From Octopus sinensis (taxonomy: Eukaryota), in contig NC_043012.1 in NCBI RefSeq assembly GCF_006345805.1, positions 27,962,001 to 28,026,000 of the forward strand: a stretch of 64,000 nucleotides of DNA, written 5' to 3'. Positions within the stretch are counted from its first letter, which is position 1. Each line of letters starts with the position of its first letter. The position numbers and the translations under genes are program-made. This document shows positions 23,620-36,429 of the stretch, one piece after another. The notes under the pieces are model-generated. The model did not search any database, was not told the origin of the DNA, and saw only the letters and a program-made list of their open reading frames with translations.

Positions 23620-26060
23620 CGAAACTAGATGAATCGAAAATCATGATGGAAAATTTAAGGAAAGTCTTATAATGATAAGAGAAATACTAAAAAAACTGGA
23701 TCAAAGTGTTAATATACTTCTGATGGGTGACTCAAACTTCACCAACATCAAATGGCGCGAAGGCTACATAATCTCGCAAAGAGCGTAATCAAGCAGAATC
23801 TCTACTTGACCTCACAAAAATGCTGTTCATGGAGCAAACAATACTCTTCCCAACCAGGAATGATAACATATTAGACCTCTGTTTCACCAACAATGTAGGT
23901 CTTATCCATAACATGAAGGTAACGCTGACAATCTTTTCAGGCCACAGCATGGTAGAACGACGATGTATAGTCCAAAACCAATTAATGATGTATTCCACAC
24001 AGACGACACCCAAACTCTGTCTAGTCTAAACTTCTACAAGACTGAGTGGAAGTCAAATGAAAAATGGGTTACCCAGCAAAATTAGCCAAGAAGTCTCTCT
24101 ATGCAAGACATGGATATGAAACTTAAATAATTCATCTCAATAATGCGAGCCATACACATTAAATTTGCCCCAGAGAAGAGACCGACCACATACAAAAATA
24201 TCATTCCCTGAAAAGGGAGAATCCTTATGAGAAGAAGAATAAAGATCTATAATCGCTTAAATAAACAACTTAATGACAGCGAGAAATCCTTCCTAGAAGA
24301 GAGACTTTTAGAGATCGAAAATATACTCAGCCTCTCCCATGAAAAGGAAAGGGTAAAAAAAGAAACTGAGGCGGCGGAAAATATAAAATTAACTACTAAA
24401 GCATTCTACAAGTTCGCGAAAGAGTCTGCCTTGGTGCACTATAAAATAGGACCACTGTTTGAAGAAGACGGCTCGGTAACTGCAGACCCCAAGAGGATGG
24501 GTGAAGTACTAAATAAGCAATTTCAGAGTCTCTTCACCTCTCCACAGGGAAACATGCAAACAAGAAACCTTTGAGAGTTTTTCAACATTGCAAATCTACA
24601 TGAGAAAAAGGCAACAATCGATTACATCGACATAAAAGAGAAAGATGTAATATCGGCCATTGATGAGATGAGCTCAGACTCAGCAACGGGCTCAGATGGG
24701 TTTCCGGTGGTTCTCCTGAAGACATGCATGAAAGCTCTTGCAAAACCACTGCAGGTACCTTTTCAGAGATTCCTTCCATGTGGAAAACTTCCCAAACTGT
24801 TAAAAGATGGTATTCATATGTCCTGTCTATAAAGGAGGAAGCGGAGCAGATGCTAAAAATTATAGGCCTATCTCTCTGACCTCACATGTTAGCAAGGTCA
24901 TGGGACGCATTGTCAGAAGGAGACTGATCACGTTCCTGGAAGAGAATAACTTGCTCACAAACACGCAGCATGGTTTCAACCCAGAGAGGGGCGGCCTCAC
25001 ACAGCTACTGAAACATTAATACTGGGTACAGAAACAGTAGTTCAACCACTCAAACGTGGATGTGATATATCTCGACTTTGCTAAAGCCCTTGACAAAGTT
25101 GATCATGGGATGATAAGTCACAAACTACAAAAACTTGGTACCACTGGAAAACTGGGATAGAGGCTGCACTACTTTTTAAAAGACAAAAGTCAGACAAAGG
25201 TTGTAGCTAAAGGGGCTCTCTATGGAGAGACATAAATCCACAAAGGAGTCCCTCAGGGAACTATACTGGGGACCACTAACGTTTATAGTGGATCTGTCAG
25301 ACATGCCGTCATTCGTACAGTCAGCCATTATCACCAGCAACGCCGATGATACAAAGGTATCTCAGGCGGTCAAGAACTCTGAGGACGTAGTAAAACTGCA
25401 AAATGACCTGCATGCAAATTATAAATGGGCTGATGAAAATAACATGCAGCTCAATGCTGATAAGTTTCAAGCACTCCCTTATCGGCCCACAAACAGACTA
25501 TAATCGGAGTACATAGGACCAAGGGACAGTGCAATTCCACACTTAGAATCATAGGTGATCTGGACATTCATATGAGCAGTGATGCAACATTCCATGTGCA
25601 TATTACCAGGATGGCAATACTGTGCAGACGCGTAGCTAGAGGGATCCTTAGCTCATTCAAAACCAGAAAAAAGGACACCTTGTTAATCCTATAGGAGACA
25701 TTTGTTCTCAGTCGTCTGGATTACAGCTCCCACTTGTGGTCATCTCAGAACGCCAAACTGGTGGCAGAACTTGAGGCCATCCAGCGTCATTACACAAAGA
25801 AGAATGACTCAGTGTAACAGATGAGGAGCTACTGGGAGAGGCTACAAGAATTGAAGCTCTACTCTCTGGAGAGAAGGCGAGAAAGATATGTAGTGATATA
25901 TATATGGAAGATCCTGGAAGGTCTAGCTCCCAACTTTGGAATTAAAAGCTATACCAGCCACCGAACTCGACGGCACTGCATAATACCAATGATACCGTCT
26001 TCTTCGTCACAGTATTGCAACAGCTTGGGTTTTAGGGGATCACAATTTTTTAGTATCCTG
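23620..26060 (+). mobile_element. CR1-group LINE copy 3 (ORF2 remnant)
   Basis: MGDSNFTNIKW, NILDLCFTNN, NYRPISLTSHVSKVM, YLDFAKALDKVDHG, NADDTK, YWERLQELKLYSLERRRERY. Confidence 0.9.
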
Positions 26061-26519
26061 TATGTTGAAGGTATATGTGCGAACCTGTGCTAGTGTGTGT
26101 GTGTGTGTGTATGTACGTGTGTATATGTGTGTATGTGTGTATCATGTGCGTATGTGCGTGTGTATATGTGCGTGTGTGTGTATGTGCGTGTTTGCATGTG
26201 TGTATGGTCGTGCGTGGGGTTGTGTGGGATAGGTATCTGTGCATTCCTGAGCGTGTGTATGTGTGGGTGTGTATGTATACGTGTGTGTATGTGTGTGGAA
26301 GTATGTGTATATGTGCATGTATGTGTGTTGTATGTGTGTGGTGTGTGGGGGGTATATGTGCGTTCGTGGATACGTACGTATGTGTGTGCATGTGTGCGTG
26401 TATATAGACATAAAAAACAATATATATATATATATATATATATAGAAATTCGGGGTGAGTACTTGATAATTATAAGCACCTGTGTATACCGTTTGGTGGT
26501 GTAGGTGGTGGAGTAAATT

Positions 26520-27174
26520 GATCAAAATAAAGTAAAAACATGATGCGAAGGATTCAGCGGTACATATGTTTCGGGCCTTTATTAGACAGATTTATAACAA
26601 TGCATAATGTATGTCTGTGGCCTTCTTCAGCCGCGCACAACATCCACAAGGACATGTGTTACATCAAAATTTCTTGGTTGGGGATGCAAATCCTCTCATT
26701 CGCGTACGACATAATGCGGCAGCAGCATAGAATTGAAGGTCCATCTCTTTCTTCTCTCAATGTAGAATGAGGAAAATTGGATGTTGAGGTAATGTAAATA
26801 AATAAATACATATATAGAGGTGAAGATGGAGGGGCGAGAGTTCGTCCCGAACTCTCGCCCCTCCATCTTCACCTCTATATATGTATTTATTTATTTACAT
26901 ACCTCAACATCCAATTTTCCTCATTCTACATTGAGAGAAGAAAGAGATGGACGCTTCAATTCTATGCTGCTGCCGCATTATGTCGTACGCGAATGAGAGG
27001 ATTTGCATCCCCAACCAAGAATTTTTGATGAACACATGTCCTTGTGGAAGCTGTTGTGCGCGGCTGAAGAAGGCCACAGACATACATTATGCATTGTTTA
27101 TAATCTGTCTAATAAAGGCCCGAAACATATGTACCGCTGAATCCTTCGCATCATGTTTTTATTTTATTTTGATC
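26520..27174. repeat. Near-perfect ~655 bp palindrome (3 nt loop) with two outward-facing hammerheads
   Basis: Arms 26520-26844 and 26848-27174; loop tcc; motifs at 26557-26634 (-) and 27060-27137 (+). Confidence 0.9.
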
Positions 27175-28129
27175 TATATATATATATATATATATGTATA
27201 GTTCAAATTTACAGAAAACAAAAGTCGAAGATAGGTGAAGGAATAACAAGCAAGTGTATTTAGTTTAACCCCAGGGAAGAATGGAAAAGTCTTTAATGTG
27301 TTGAACCTACGCTCTTCGATAGAAATATCTCTGTTGAAAAGCAAAATATGGAGTGGGAACGAAAGAAGAAAAATGGCGAGCGAAAAGAGTGTCGGGGTTA
27401 ACGGTTCAACATGATGAAATGACCGGAAGAAAGTGTGAGTGAAAAGAAGGAAAGAACGTTGACTGGGCTGAACTAGGATGTGCAAGCGCAAATGTGTATG
27501 TGAGGATGGTGTGTGTGAGTTTGTATGTGTGAATAGGCAATAAGGGGGCGAGCGCGTGTGGAAATATGTGTGGGTGAGCTTAAAATTATGTGGGTCTTTG
27601 TGTGCGCGCGTGTGTGTGCGTGTGTGTGTGTGTATGAATAGGTAACCTAGTGCGTGCATTTTGTGGAGTCATGTATGTTTCGTGTATTTGTGTGTGTGTG
27701 TATGAACGTGTATACATGTGTGTGAGGCTGTGTATAGTATGTGTGTGAGGCTATCGTATGTGTCTGTGTGTGTGCGTATGCAAACGCTTGTGTGTAGTAG
27801 TTGATATGTGCTTGTTCGAGTGGTGTGTGTATGTATGTGTGTCTGTATATATTAGTGCATGGAGTGTGTGTGTATGTGTTAGAACATGAAGTGTGTGTGT
27901 GTGTTAGTGCATGGAGTGTGTATGTGTGTGTGTATTGTGTATGTTTATGTGCGAAAGTTGTATGTGTGTGCAAGTTGTCTTGTCAGGCGTGTTGTGTGCA
28001 TGTGCATTGTGTGTGCTCATTGGAGTGAATAGTGTGTACGGGTGTTTGCATAATGCTGTGTGTGGTGAGGGTACTGAGTTAGGCGGTGTAGTATGTGGTG
28101 TGAGTACTGAGTTGAACAGTGTGTATGTG

Positions 28130-28162
<33 letters not shown>

Positions 28163-28522
28163 AAGGACACTCCCGTCGAAGACGACGTATGAGGGTTCAA
28201 CTCTTTATGCCCTGTTCTTGTTACCATTTTTACCCCTCCGCAAAAAATCCAAAATTTTATTTAATTTGCTTTGCGGGAAGGACTATTTCAACGAATTCGC
28301 GTCTTGTCCTTACCCTCGGAACGCGGAGTAGATGAAACAGGGACAACTGAAGAAGGGGAATATTCCTTCTGTTGTATGTCTTGTACTCTGTTTTTTCGTT
28401 GTTTGAAAAAAAGTCCGTTTCCATGTTTTTGTTTCTCATTGTGTTCAACGTTTTTTCGATGTCCTGTACCCATATATGCATGTATATATGCATATATTTA
28501 TATATTATTTATATTATTTTAT

Positions 28523-28559
<37 letters not shown>

Positions 28560-28624
28560 GTAAATTGGCTTACAGCTGTTTCCATTAGGCATATTACTGA
28601 TACCTTAATCAATTAGTCTATTAG

Positions 28625-28666
<42 letters not shown>

Positions 28667-28700
28667 GGAGTCAAACGCAGGTGTTATTCAAATCTTTTTA

Positions 28701-28784
28701 CTTCGGCATATGTTTCAAAGAAAACATTGGTATTATTCCAGAAGGAATAATGATGTAAAACAATGCAATCTTCTCATTAGGGAG
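28701..28784 (-). ncRNA. Degenerate hammerhead-like motif
   Basis: ctcc CTAATGA gaaga...tcttt GAAA catatg CC gaag; two core substitutions, long helix II retained. Confidence 0.4.
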
Positions 28785-29374
28785 AAAAAGAAACCAAACA
28801 TATCAGTAAGACATTTTAACAAAATGTGATGATTGCGTATATGATGAAGGGAACGCAAGCGAGTTTTTTTTTTTTAAACCGTTAATAGATATAAAGTCAA
28901 AGTCAGTTTTTAGAAAGAGAAGGAGGAGAAAGAAATTAGCAGAAAACTAATAGTGGAGCGATAGGTGAATAGGAATAAATCTTAAAGGCTTGGAAGTAGA
29001 TACATTTAGTGGAAGTGAAATGTAAGAAGATAGTAGAGGTCGAATTTTATAGAATGGTAGAAATCACTTTTATGAACTAGAGTTATGCTTTTGCCCAAGT
29101 TTGCAACGATAAACACGTCCTTTAAACGTTTAAAGGGGCCTAATCTAAGCATATGCTTGCAGATTGAAGGAAGACGATGTTGAGAGGGCATTTACCCTAG
29201 TATTCAGGACAACTGGTTTTGTGGAGTCTCCGCGAGCAGCCATGGGAAGCCTCCCTCATTTTGCTGTTAGAATTTATATTGTTATCATTTTTACTTTTTA
29301 CACTCGTCTTTATGTAAACTCACATGTACCGCCCCGAATGTATTTTTTTGCGAACTCTCAGTGGTAAATGAAAA

Positions 29375-29580
29375 AGCAGTCGTCGAGCTGACAGGATCGT
29401 TAGCACGCCGGACACAATGCTTAGCGGCATTTCGTCCATCTTTACGCTGAGTTCTACTACCGCCGGGGTCGACTTTGCCTTTCATCCTTTCGGGTCGATA
29501 AAATAAGTATCAGCTGAACATTGGGGTTGATTATATCCCCTCCCTCGAAATTGCTGGCCTTGTGCCAAAATTTGAAATCA
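29375..29580 (+). mobile_element. tRNA-derived SINE (family C)
   Basis: gagctgacaggatcgttagcacgccgg...gactttgcctttcatcctttcgg...ccttgtgccaaaatttgaaa; related fragment near 61030-61140. Confidence 0.75.
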
Positions 29581-29601
29581 TCATCATCATTATTATTATT
29601 A

Positions 29602-31620
29602 CTAGTACATGACCGTCAATAAGAAAAAGGTTTTGCTATGTTTAGAATAACATTTGAATTTAACTCAACTATTGTTTGAAAAACACACAAAAGATATAAT
29701 TTGATAATATATTTACATATTCTTATTTATGCAAATACTTTACAAAATCAGTAATAAAATAACAAAGAAAATATTAAGCAAATCTGTACTTATTATATAG
29801 ATAGCATATAGGCGCAGGAGTGGCCTATATGGTTCCGGGTTCAGTCCCACTGCGTGGCATCTTGGGCAAGTGTTTTCTTCTATAGCCTCGGGCCGACCAA
29901 AGCCTTGTGAGTGGATTTGGTAGACGGAAACTGAAAGAAGCCCGTCGTATATATGTATATCTATGTGTGTGTGTGTTTGTGTGTCTGTGTTTGTCCTCCT
30001 AGCATTGCTTGACAACCGATGCTGGTATGTTTACGTCGCCGTCACCTAGCGGTTCGGCAAAAGAGACCGATAGAATAAGTACTGGGCTTTCAAAGAATAA
30101 GTCCCGGGGTCGATTTGCTCGACTAAAGGCGGTGCTCCAGCATGGCCGCAGTCAAAGGACTGAAACAAGTAAGTATATCAATATTTACACTATTTCCTTA
30201 TAGACAACATTACGCATAAGTCTTTTTACACTTTCATTATGACGTCTACTTGTTCCTGATCTGGTAAATTCTTTTTGATCAGCAAATATTTTAATTTTCA
30301 CTGGATCCCCAACCTTACTAAGAGCAACATATAACTGGCCATGAGTAAATACAGGCGCAGGCATGTAGATGCTGCACTTAGAAAGGCTTTGTCCTTCACT
30401 TTTGTTTATAGACATCACGAAAGCAGATCTCATTGGAAATTGGCGTTTTTTCAAAGTAAAGGGCAAATCAGTATCAGATGGTTGCAGAATAATGCGAGGA
30501 ATCAAAAGTGTGCGTCCTGCATCAACACCTGTTATTTTACTTGCAGTGATCATATTATCTGACACTGATAACACTCTATAACGTGCGCCATTGCAGTGCC
30601 CATTTCTCTGATCTAAGTTTCTTAGCAACATTATAGGAACACCCGTTTTTAATTTGATAAATGACGTGGCATGCTACTTATATTAAGAGAATTAAGAAAT
30701 TCAGGAAGATAGAGTGAAGATTGTTGGTCTTCTGCAACAGAATCACCTAAAAGTATATGTCTCACCTGGAAATTTCTAGATTATGTGGTTATTTAGATTG
30801 TCAACTTCTTCATTCTTTGTTGATAATATTGCTCGTGATGTTAACCATTACGCATTGTTAAAATTAACCTGTAAATCTTCATAGACATGGTTGATCAAAT
30901 CCTTCTTGCCGTTGACTTGAAATTGCTGAGGAATCTCTATTACATCATCATATAATTGTCTTTGAACATTAGGGATTCTTCCATCACCAATTTGCAATGT
31001 CAAGCTTGAGAGGTGGTATCATTATTGTTGAGACAGTTTTGCACTCTCATATTAGTGGTGAGATGAAGTACTTCGCATTCGTGCCAAATAATGGATTTTT
31101 TTCAAACATGTTCCAATTAGAGAAGACCTTTGTGCTCTTCGAACCACTGGAAGAATTTGATGGAAATCACCACCTAAAATTATCAATTTGCCGCCAAAGA
31201 TCAAATCGTTGTTCATTACATCCTTCAGTGTTGGATTCAGCGCTTCAAATAGATAATGATGACATATGGGTGCCTCGTCTCAAACAATCAAGCGTGCATC
31301 ATGAAGCAAACGGCCAGTGACATCAAGGGGAGATTTTTGCATGTTGAATTACAGTTTACCGGTATGAGGAGCTTGAATCGAGAGTGAGCAGTGTGACCTA
31401 GCTTCAATAGTGTCGCAATAGCTAGCTGGTTGTTTTTGCGCACATAAGATAGTAGTATGTTAAGAAGAAAAGTTTTGCCAGTACCCCCGGGTGCATCAAT
31501 AAATATCAAACCACCTTCATTTCTATCAATTTTCTGTTGAATATTTTCAAAAATGATTCTCTGGTCATTATTTAGCATGTGGATGTTAGCATTGAAAAAT
31601 TGAACCAGTGCGTGTGTTAA
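29602..31620 (-). mobile_element. Helitron 3' portion (PIF1-like helicase), degenerate
   Basis: FIDAPGGTGKTFLL (Walker A), LLRNLD..GHCNGARY, RQFPMRSAFVMSINKSEGQSL, FTHGQLYVALS; minus-strand CTAG|T terminus at 29602. Confidence 0.9.
29810..30172 (+). mobile_element. SINE family A inserted in the Helitron
   Basis: aggcgcaggagtgg...ggcggtgctccagcatggccgcagtcaaaggactgaaacaag. Confidence 0.9.
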
Positions 31621-31699
31621 TAATATTGGCCTAATGACTCACCCTAGACACAGCAAAATTTAATGTATTTACGCATAAATACCCTTACTTCACCCAGAC

Positions 31700-32150
31700 T
31701 TATAAAAGATTCTGGCCAACGTCTCTTGTTGTCGCCAACTGCAATAGGGAAGTCACTGGTAAATACCATTGAGTAAGTTTGATTTGATCTCATTGAAGCG
31801 GTCCTTCTGTTATTTTGTCAAACTGTGATAACCGTCGCTGTTAAATTGCCTATAAATAGTCTCATCTTAATTATTCTATCGCACATCCTGACTATCTCAA
31901 TAACTTTCTCCGCTAACAGAATGGCTACTTTACTCTGCTGTCACTATTACTCACCCCACAAAATTTATCGCTGTTTCTTGCTTGTGATGACTTTAGTTGA
32001 GGATCCTTTCCACCTTATCTCTTCCACGCAGCACACATCCACTCATCTCCTTTCCAGTCTTTCTACAATCGTACCGGACCTAACTTTAATCTTGCTTATG
32101 TTTATGGTTGCATCTCTAAAGGGTGCCACCGGTGGAAAACTGCTTTGTTG
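31700..32150 (-). mobile_element. RTE-like LINE endonuclease N-terminal remnant
   Basis: VDVCCVEEIRWKGS...AILLAEKVIEIVRMCDRIIKMRL. Confidence 0.6.
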
Positions 32151-32261
32151 CTGGTTCATTACTGTTTGACGGTTTCAGCATCTGTGAGGAATAAGAAAAC
32201 TAGCACTGCAGTTTGATGGGAGTTGGTAGAGATGCACACATTTTTGGTTTCTTTTTATTTA

Positions 32262-33212
32262 TCAGGTCTTCCCATAAGTTCTGTCCGATTTTACTTTTTT
32301 TAAAATTGAATGAAATTTAATAGTATTTTAGAATGACTAATGGAATTAAAATTATTTTTATGTATTTGTGTACATTTAAACTAATTAAATATTATTTTAC
32401 AGAATGATAGAATTAAAATTTCTTTGATTAAAACCCTTTCTAACATGGAAGTATCCAAAGAGCATTTGAGGCACAGAATCCTTTATGAGTACAAAAAGGA
32501 AACTTTGCAGCTGAAGCAATGCGAAATATACACTCAGTTTATGGGAAAGAATGCTTGAATGAAAGAACTTGCAGAAGATGGTTTGCAAAATTCAGAAGTG
32601 GAGATTTCAGCCTTCAATATGAAGATCGAACAGGACGTCCAGTTGAGTTTGATGATAAGCTCCTTGAGGCATTACTTGAAGAAAATCCTGCATTATCAGT
32701 TGAAGAATTGGCAATAAAGCCTAGTTCAAACCATACAACTGTTTATCGTCATCTTCAACAACTTGGAAAGGTTCCTAAATTTGGAAAATGGGTGTCTCAT
32801 GAATTGTCCAAAGGGAACCGCAAAGCCCGAGTTGACATCTGCTCTTCTCTCCATTCCCGCGAACTCATTTCACCCTTTTTGGATAGACTGGTGACGAAAA
32901 ATGGATCTTCTATCGAAATGTTAAACGTCGTAATAAGGCGCAGGAGTGGCTGTGTGGTAAGTAGCTTGCTAACCAACCACATGGTTCCGGGTTCAATATA
33001 TATGTGTGTGTATGTGTTTGTGTTTGTCCCCCTAGCATTGCTTGACAACCGATGCTGGTGTGTTTACGTCGCCGTCACTTGGCGGTTCGGCAAAGAGACC
33101 GATAGAATAAATACTGGGCTTACAAAGAATAAGTCCCGGGGTCGATTTTCTCGACTAAACGGCGGTGCTCCAGCATGGCCGCAGTCAAAATGACTGAAAC
33201 AAGTAAAAGAGT

Positions 33213-33270
<58 letters not shown>

Positions 33271-33885
33271 CTTGGTAAAAGGGAAAAAGCTCAACCGCAA
33301 CCGAGAAGGGAACTTCATGGAAAAAAGGTTCTTCTCTCTATCTGGACGGATTACAAAGGAGAAATCACTTTGAATTGTTACCACCTAATGTAAGAATCAA
33401 TGCTCAAGTATACTGTCAGCAATTAGAGTGTTTGAACCAAGCTTTGAAGAAAAAAAAGACCCGCTTTAGTGAATCGAAAAGGAGTGATGTTTCATCAGGA
33501 CAATGCGTGACCCCACACTGCAAAGATCACATCACAGAAGATCGAAGAGTTCTCCTGACCTTGCTCCTTCAGACAACCATTTGTTTTGTAGTTCACAGAA
33601 GCATTTGGGGGACATAACTTTCGCAAGCCAGGAGGAGGTCAAAACTGACATTTCAGTTCTTCGCTTTGAAACCAAAAAAGTTTTACATTGATGGGATTAA
33701 AAATCTTATTAATAGATGGAAGAAAGTCATAGATAATCAGGGAAATTACATTGATGATTAAATTTCAATTAAACATAACATTTGGTCACTTGTTTTCTTT
33801 ATTCAAAATTCGCACAGAACTTATGGGATAACCTGAACTTATGGGATGACCAGAACTTATGGGATGACCTTATGGGATGGCCTGA
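32262..33885 (+). mobile_element. Mariner element with degenerate transposase, interrupted by a SINE
   Basis: TIR tcaggtcttcccataagttctg versus cagaacttatgggataacctga; RTCRRWFAKFRSGDFSL..RTGRP, WVSHEL, HGKKVLLSIW, FHQDNA*PH. Confidence 0.92.
32936..33210 (+). mobile_element. SINE family A within the mariner
   Basis: Intact head gctgtgtggtaagtagcttgctaaccaaccacatgg; tail followed by (GA)n. Confidence 0.9.
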
Positions 33886-33949
33886 TGATTGCCCTCATTC
33901 AACCATTCTGGAACACTTACTGAACATGTTACTAAAAGTGCCGTTTACG

Positions 33950-36420
33950 ACGATTATGAATATTCCTAATGCTATTAACATTACCGATTTAATGGGGTGT
34001 GCTATGATCTCTTATCTATTTAAAATCGATGGCATGATACTGATATAGGGGAGAAAGTAGTATCTGCTACATGAAATGTATGATATATGGGAGGAGGATG
34101 CAGGTAGAAAAACGATCTCTCGTACAGATGGTGGAAGTGGGAAAAGGATGGACGCTACAAAATTTTATGAAAGGAAAAGTATACATTATTCAGAGACAAC
34201 ATGGACGTAGCGAAGAAGGAAAAGAAGGGGCCGCTTTAACACCTTTGAGCGGAGTAGTCAGTGAATGAATGTGAAAGAATTAAAGATAGGAAAGAAGAGA
34301 AATTATCATAGCATGCTTTTGTCCGTATATCGTCAAGTGGTTGTTTGAGAGGAGTGAGCTTATAGACTTGAGGAAACATATAAAGAGGAGCCCGACAAGA
34401 AGGAAAGCCGACACAGGTGGACCCAAACTGACGTGGGACGGTACACTTGATTTACATTCATGAACAATGCAGAGGGAGAGAAAAATATGGGAAAGGAATT
34501 GAACAAAAACTCCCACGAGAGGAAAAATATTTAATATTCAGAGAGAAAAGGGATATATTTAGGAGGGACAACAAGGGGTTGCTTTAATATCTTAGAACGA
34601 CGTTGAGAGTGAAAGTACGTAACATGATAAAGGGTAGTTAAAGCAGAAATTGGTATCTGGACTTTTCATGCTTTTGTCCATTAATCAAAAATCAGTTTTC
34701 TGATTGTACAAATATATAGAAAGGAACACAGCTTAAAAAAAAAACGTCGTTAGAGGGCGATCCATAAGTGAGTGGATGTGGGGAACCAACTTATTTGACA
34801 TAGGTGAGCGATGCTGAAAGAAAAATATATGGAAGAAACTTTCATGAGAGGAAAATATCATTAAGAGAAAATGAACATACTGAAGAAAATAAAATAAAGG
34901 ACAGATTTAATATCTTTGAACGAAATAGTCTGTGAATGCATGTGACAAAATCATAGATAAAAATAAAATGGTGCCCTATCTTAGCATGATTTTGTCTATT
35001 TATAATAAAGTGTTTCTCTGATACTAGTGAGATCATAGAATTGTATATATAGCAATGCACTATAGGAAGGAAGTCGATAGAGAGGGATCTAAAATGACAG
35101 GAGTTGGTACACTTAATTCAAATGTGTTAGCGAGAGCAAAAATATGCAAGGGAAATTTCGCGAGCTACAAACATTCATAAAAAGAAAATAATTTTATTAG
35201 TAAAGGAAAATATAGACATAGTGGGGAAAGAAAAATAGAGGCAGCTTTTCCAACTTGGACAAGGAGTGGGTGAATGCATGTGACAGAATTGAATATAGCG
35301 AATAATTGAAGATTTATGCTTTGTCATGTTAACATGTTTTTAACAGTTTATCGCAAATTGGATCTCTGATAGGAGTAAAGTCATAAATCTTGGAGAAATA
35401 CATAAAAAAAAAGTACAGGAAGGAAGTCGACAAAGAAACGCTTATAAATGAGTGAAGGGTGAGTACACTTGATTTACACTCTTGAGCGGTACTGAAAAAG
35501 AGAAAAAAAGATATGGAAGGAACAATGCTGGAAGAGAGAAATATTAGAAAGGAATATTTAACGAGCAGCAAAATTTGCTGAAAAAAAAAAATTAAAAGAA
35601 AATATGGACATACCGAAGAATGAAAATATGGTGTACCTTTAACGTCGTAATACGAAGTAAGCCATGTGACGGAATTAATGATCGGCGTCTTATCATAGGA
35701 TAGTTTCGTCCATTTATCGAGAATTGGTTCTCTGATTAAAATTCACTTTAGGGTTGTAGAAATGGATAAAGTGGAACACGACAGAAAAGAAATCGATAGC
35801 GAGAAAGGTGCGAGTGGCAAGCATGAGTGTTGTTGCAGGACGAAAAAGGAAGATTCAGAGAGCTGTAAATGTTCATTAGAGGGAAAACATACAATATTTA
35901 AAAATTCCATTATATATTGATGAGGAAAAAAAGGGACAGCCTTAACAGACTGGTGAGAATTAAAAACAAGGAAAAACGGAAATGTGTACCTTATCATTGC
36001 ATGTTTTTACCCGTTCATCGTAAAAGGTTTCTGTGATAGAAGTGAAGTCATAGAATTGTGGAACTATATAAAGAGAAACACGAGAGAAAGGAAGTCGACA
36101 CTGAGAGACCCATAATTGCCTGGGGGCATATTGCATGAGGAATGACAGCGAAAAAATATATAGAAAGAAAATTTAGCGAGCTATATCTTATATATGCGGG
36201 AAAAATATTATTAAAGGAGAACATGGACATAGTAAGAAAAGGGAAAAAAGGGGGTCGCTCTAACACTCTAGAATAAAGTAGTCTGTGTGTGCTTGAGACA
36301 GAATTATGAATAAAACACTGAAACTGGCGCCTTATCTTAATATGTTTTCGCCGTTTATAATAAATTGTTTCTCTGATAGTAATGAAACCCCAGAATTATA
36401 GAAATATATAAGGAGAACAG
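33950..36420 (+). repeat. Highly diverged tandem array, unit ~300-370 bp
   Basis: Recurring anchors tctctgata (~35015, 35363, 35728, 36030, 36370), gaagtcga (~35072, 35423, 35790, 36091), gtacacttga and atggacata. Confidence 0.6.
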
Positions 36421-36429
36421 CATGAAAAA

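Noticed and set aside
28300-28370. Type III hammerhead-like layout (TC ttgtcc...ggacaa CTGAAGA hairpin)
   Set aside because: No GAAA follows helix II.
30185-31578. Host PIF1 helicase gene
   Set aside because: Frameshifted, intronless and followed by a Helitron-type CTAG terminus.
32519-33193. SETMAR-like host gene
   Set aside because: No SET domain; TIR-bounded, frameshifted and SINE-interrupted mariner.
33817-33885. CRISPR-like direct repeats
   Set aside because: No spacers, eukaryotic context, and the unit equals the mariner TIR.
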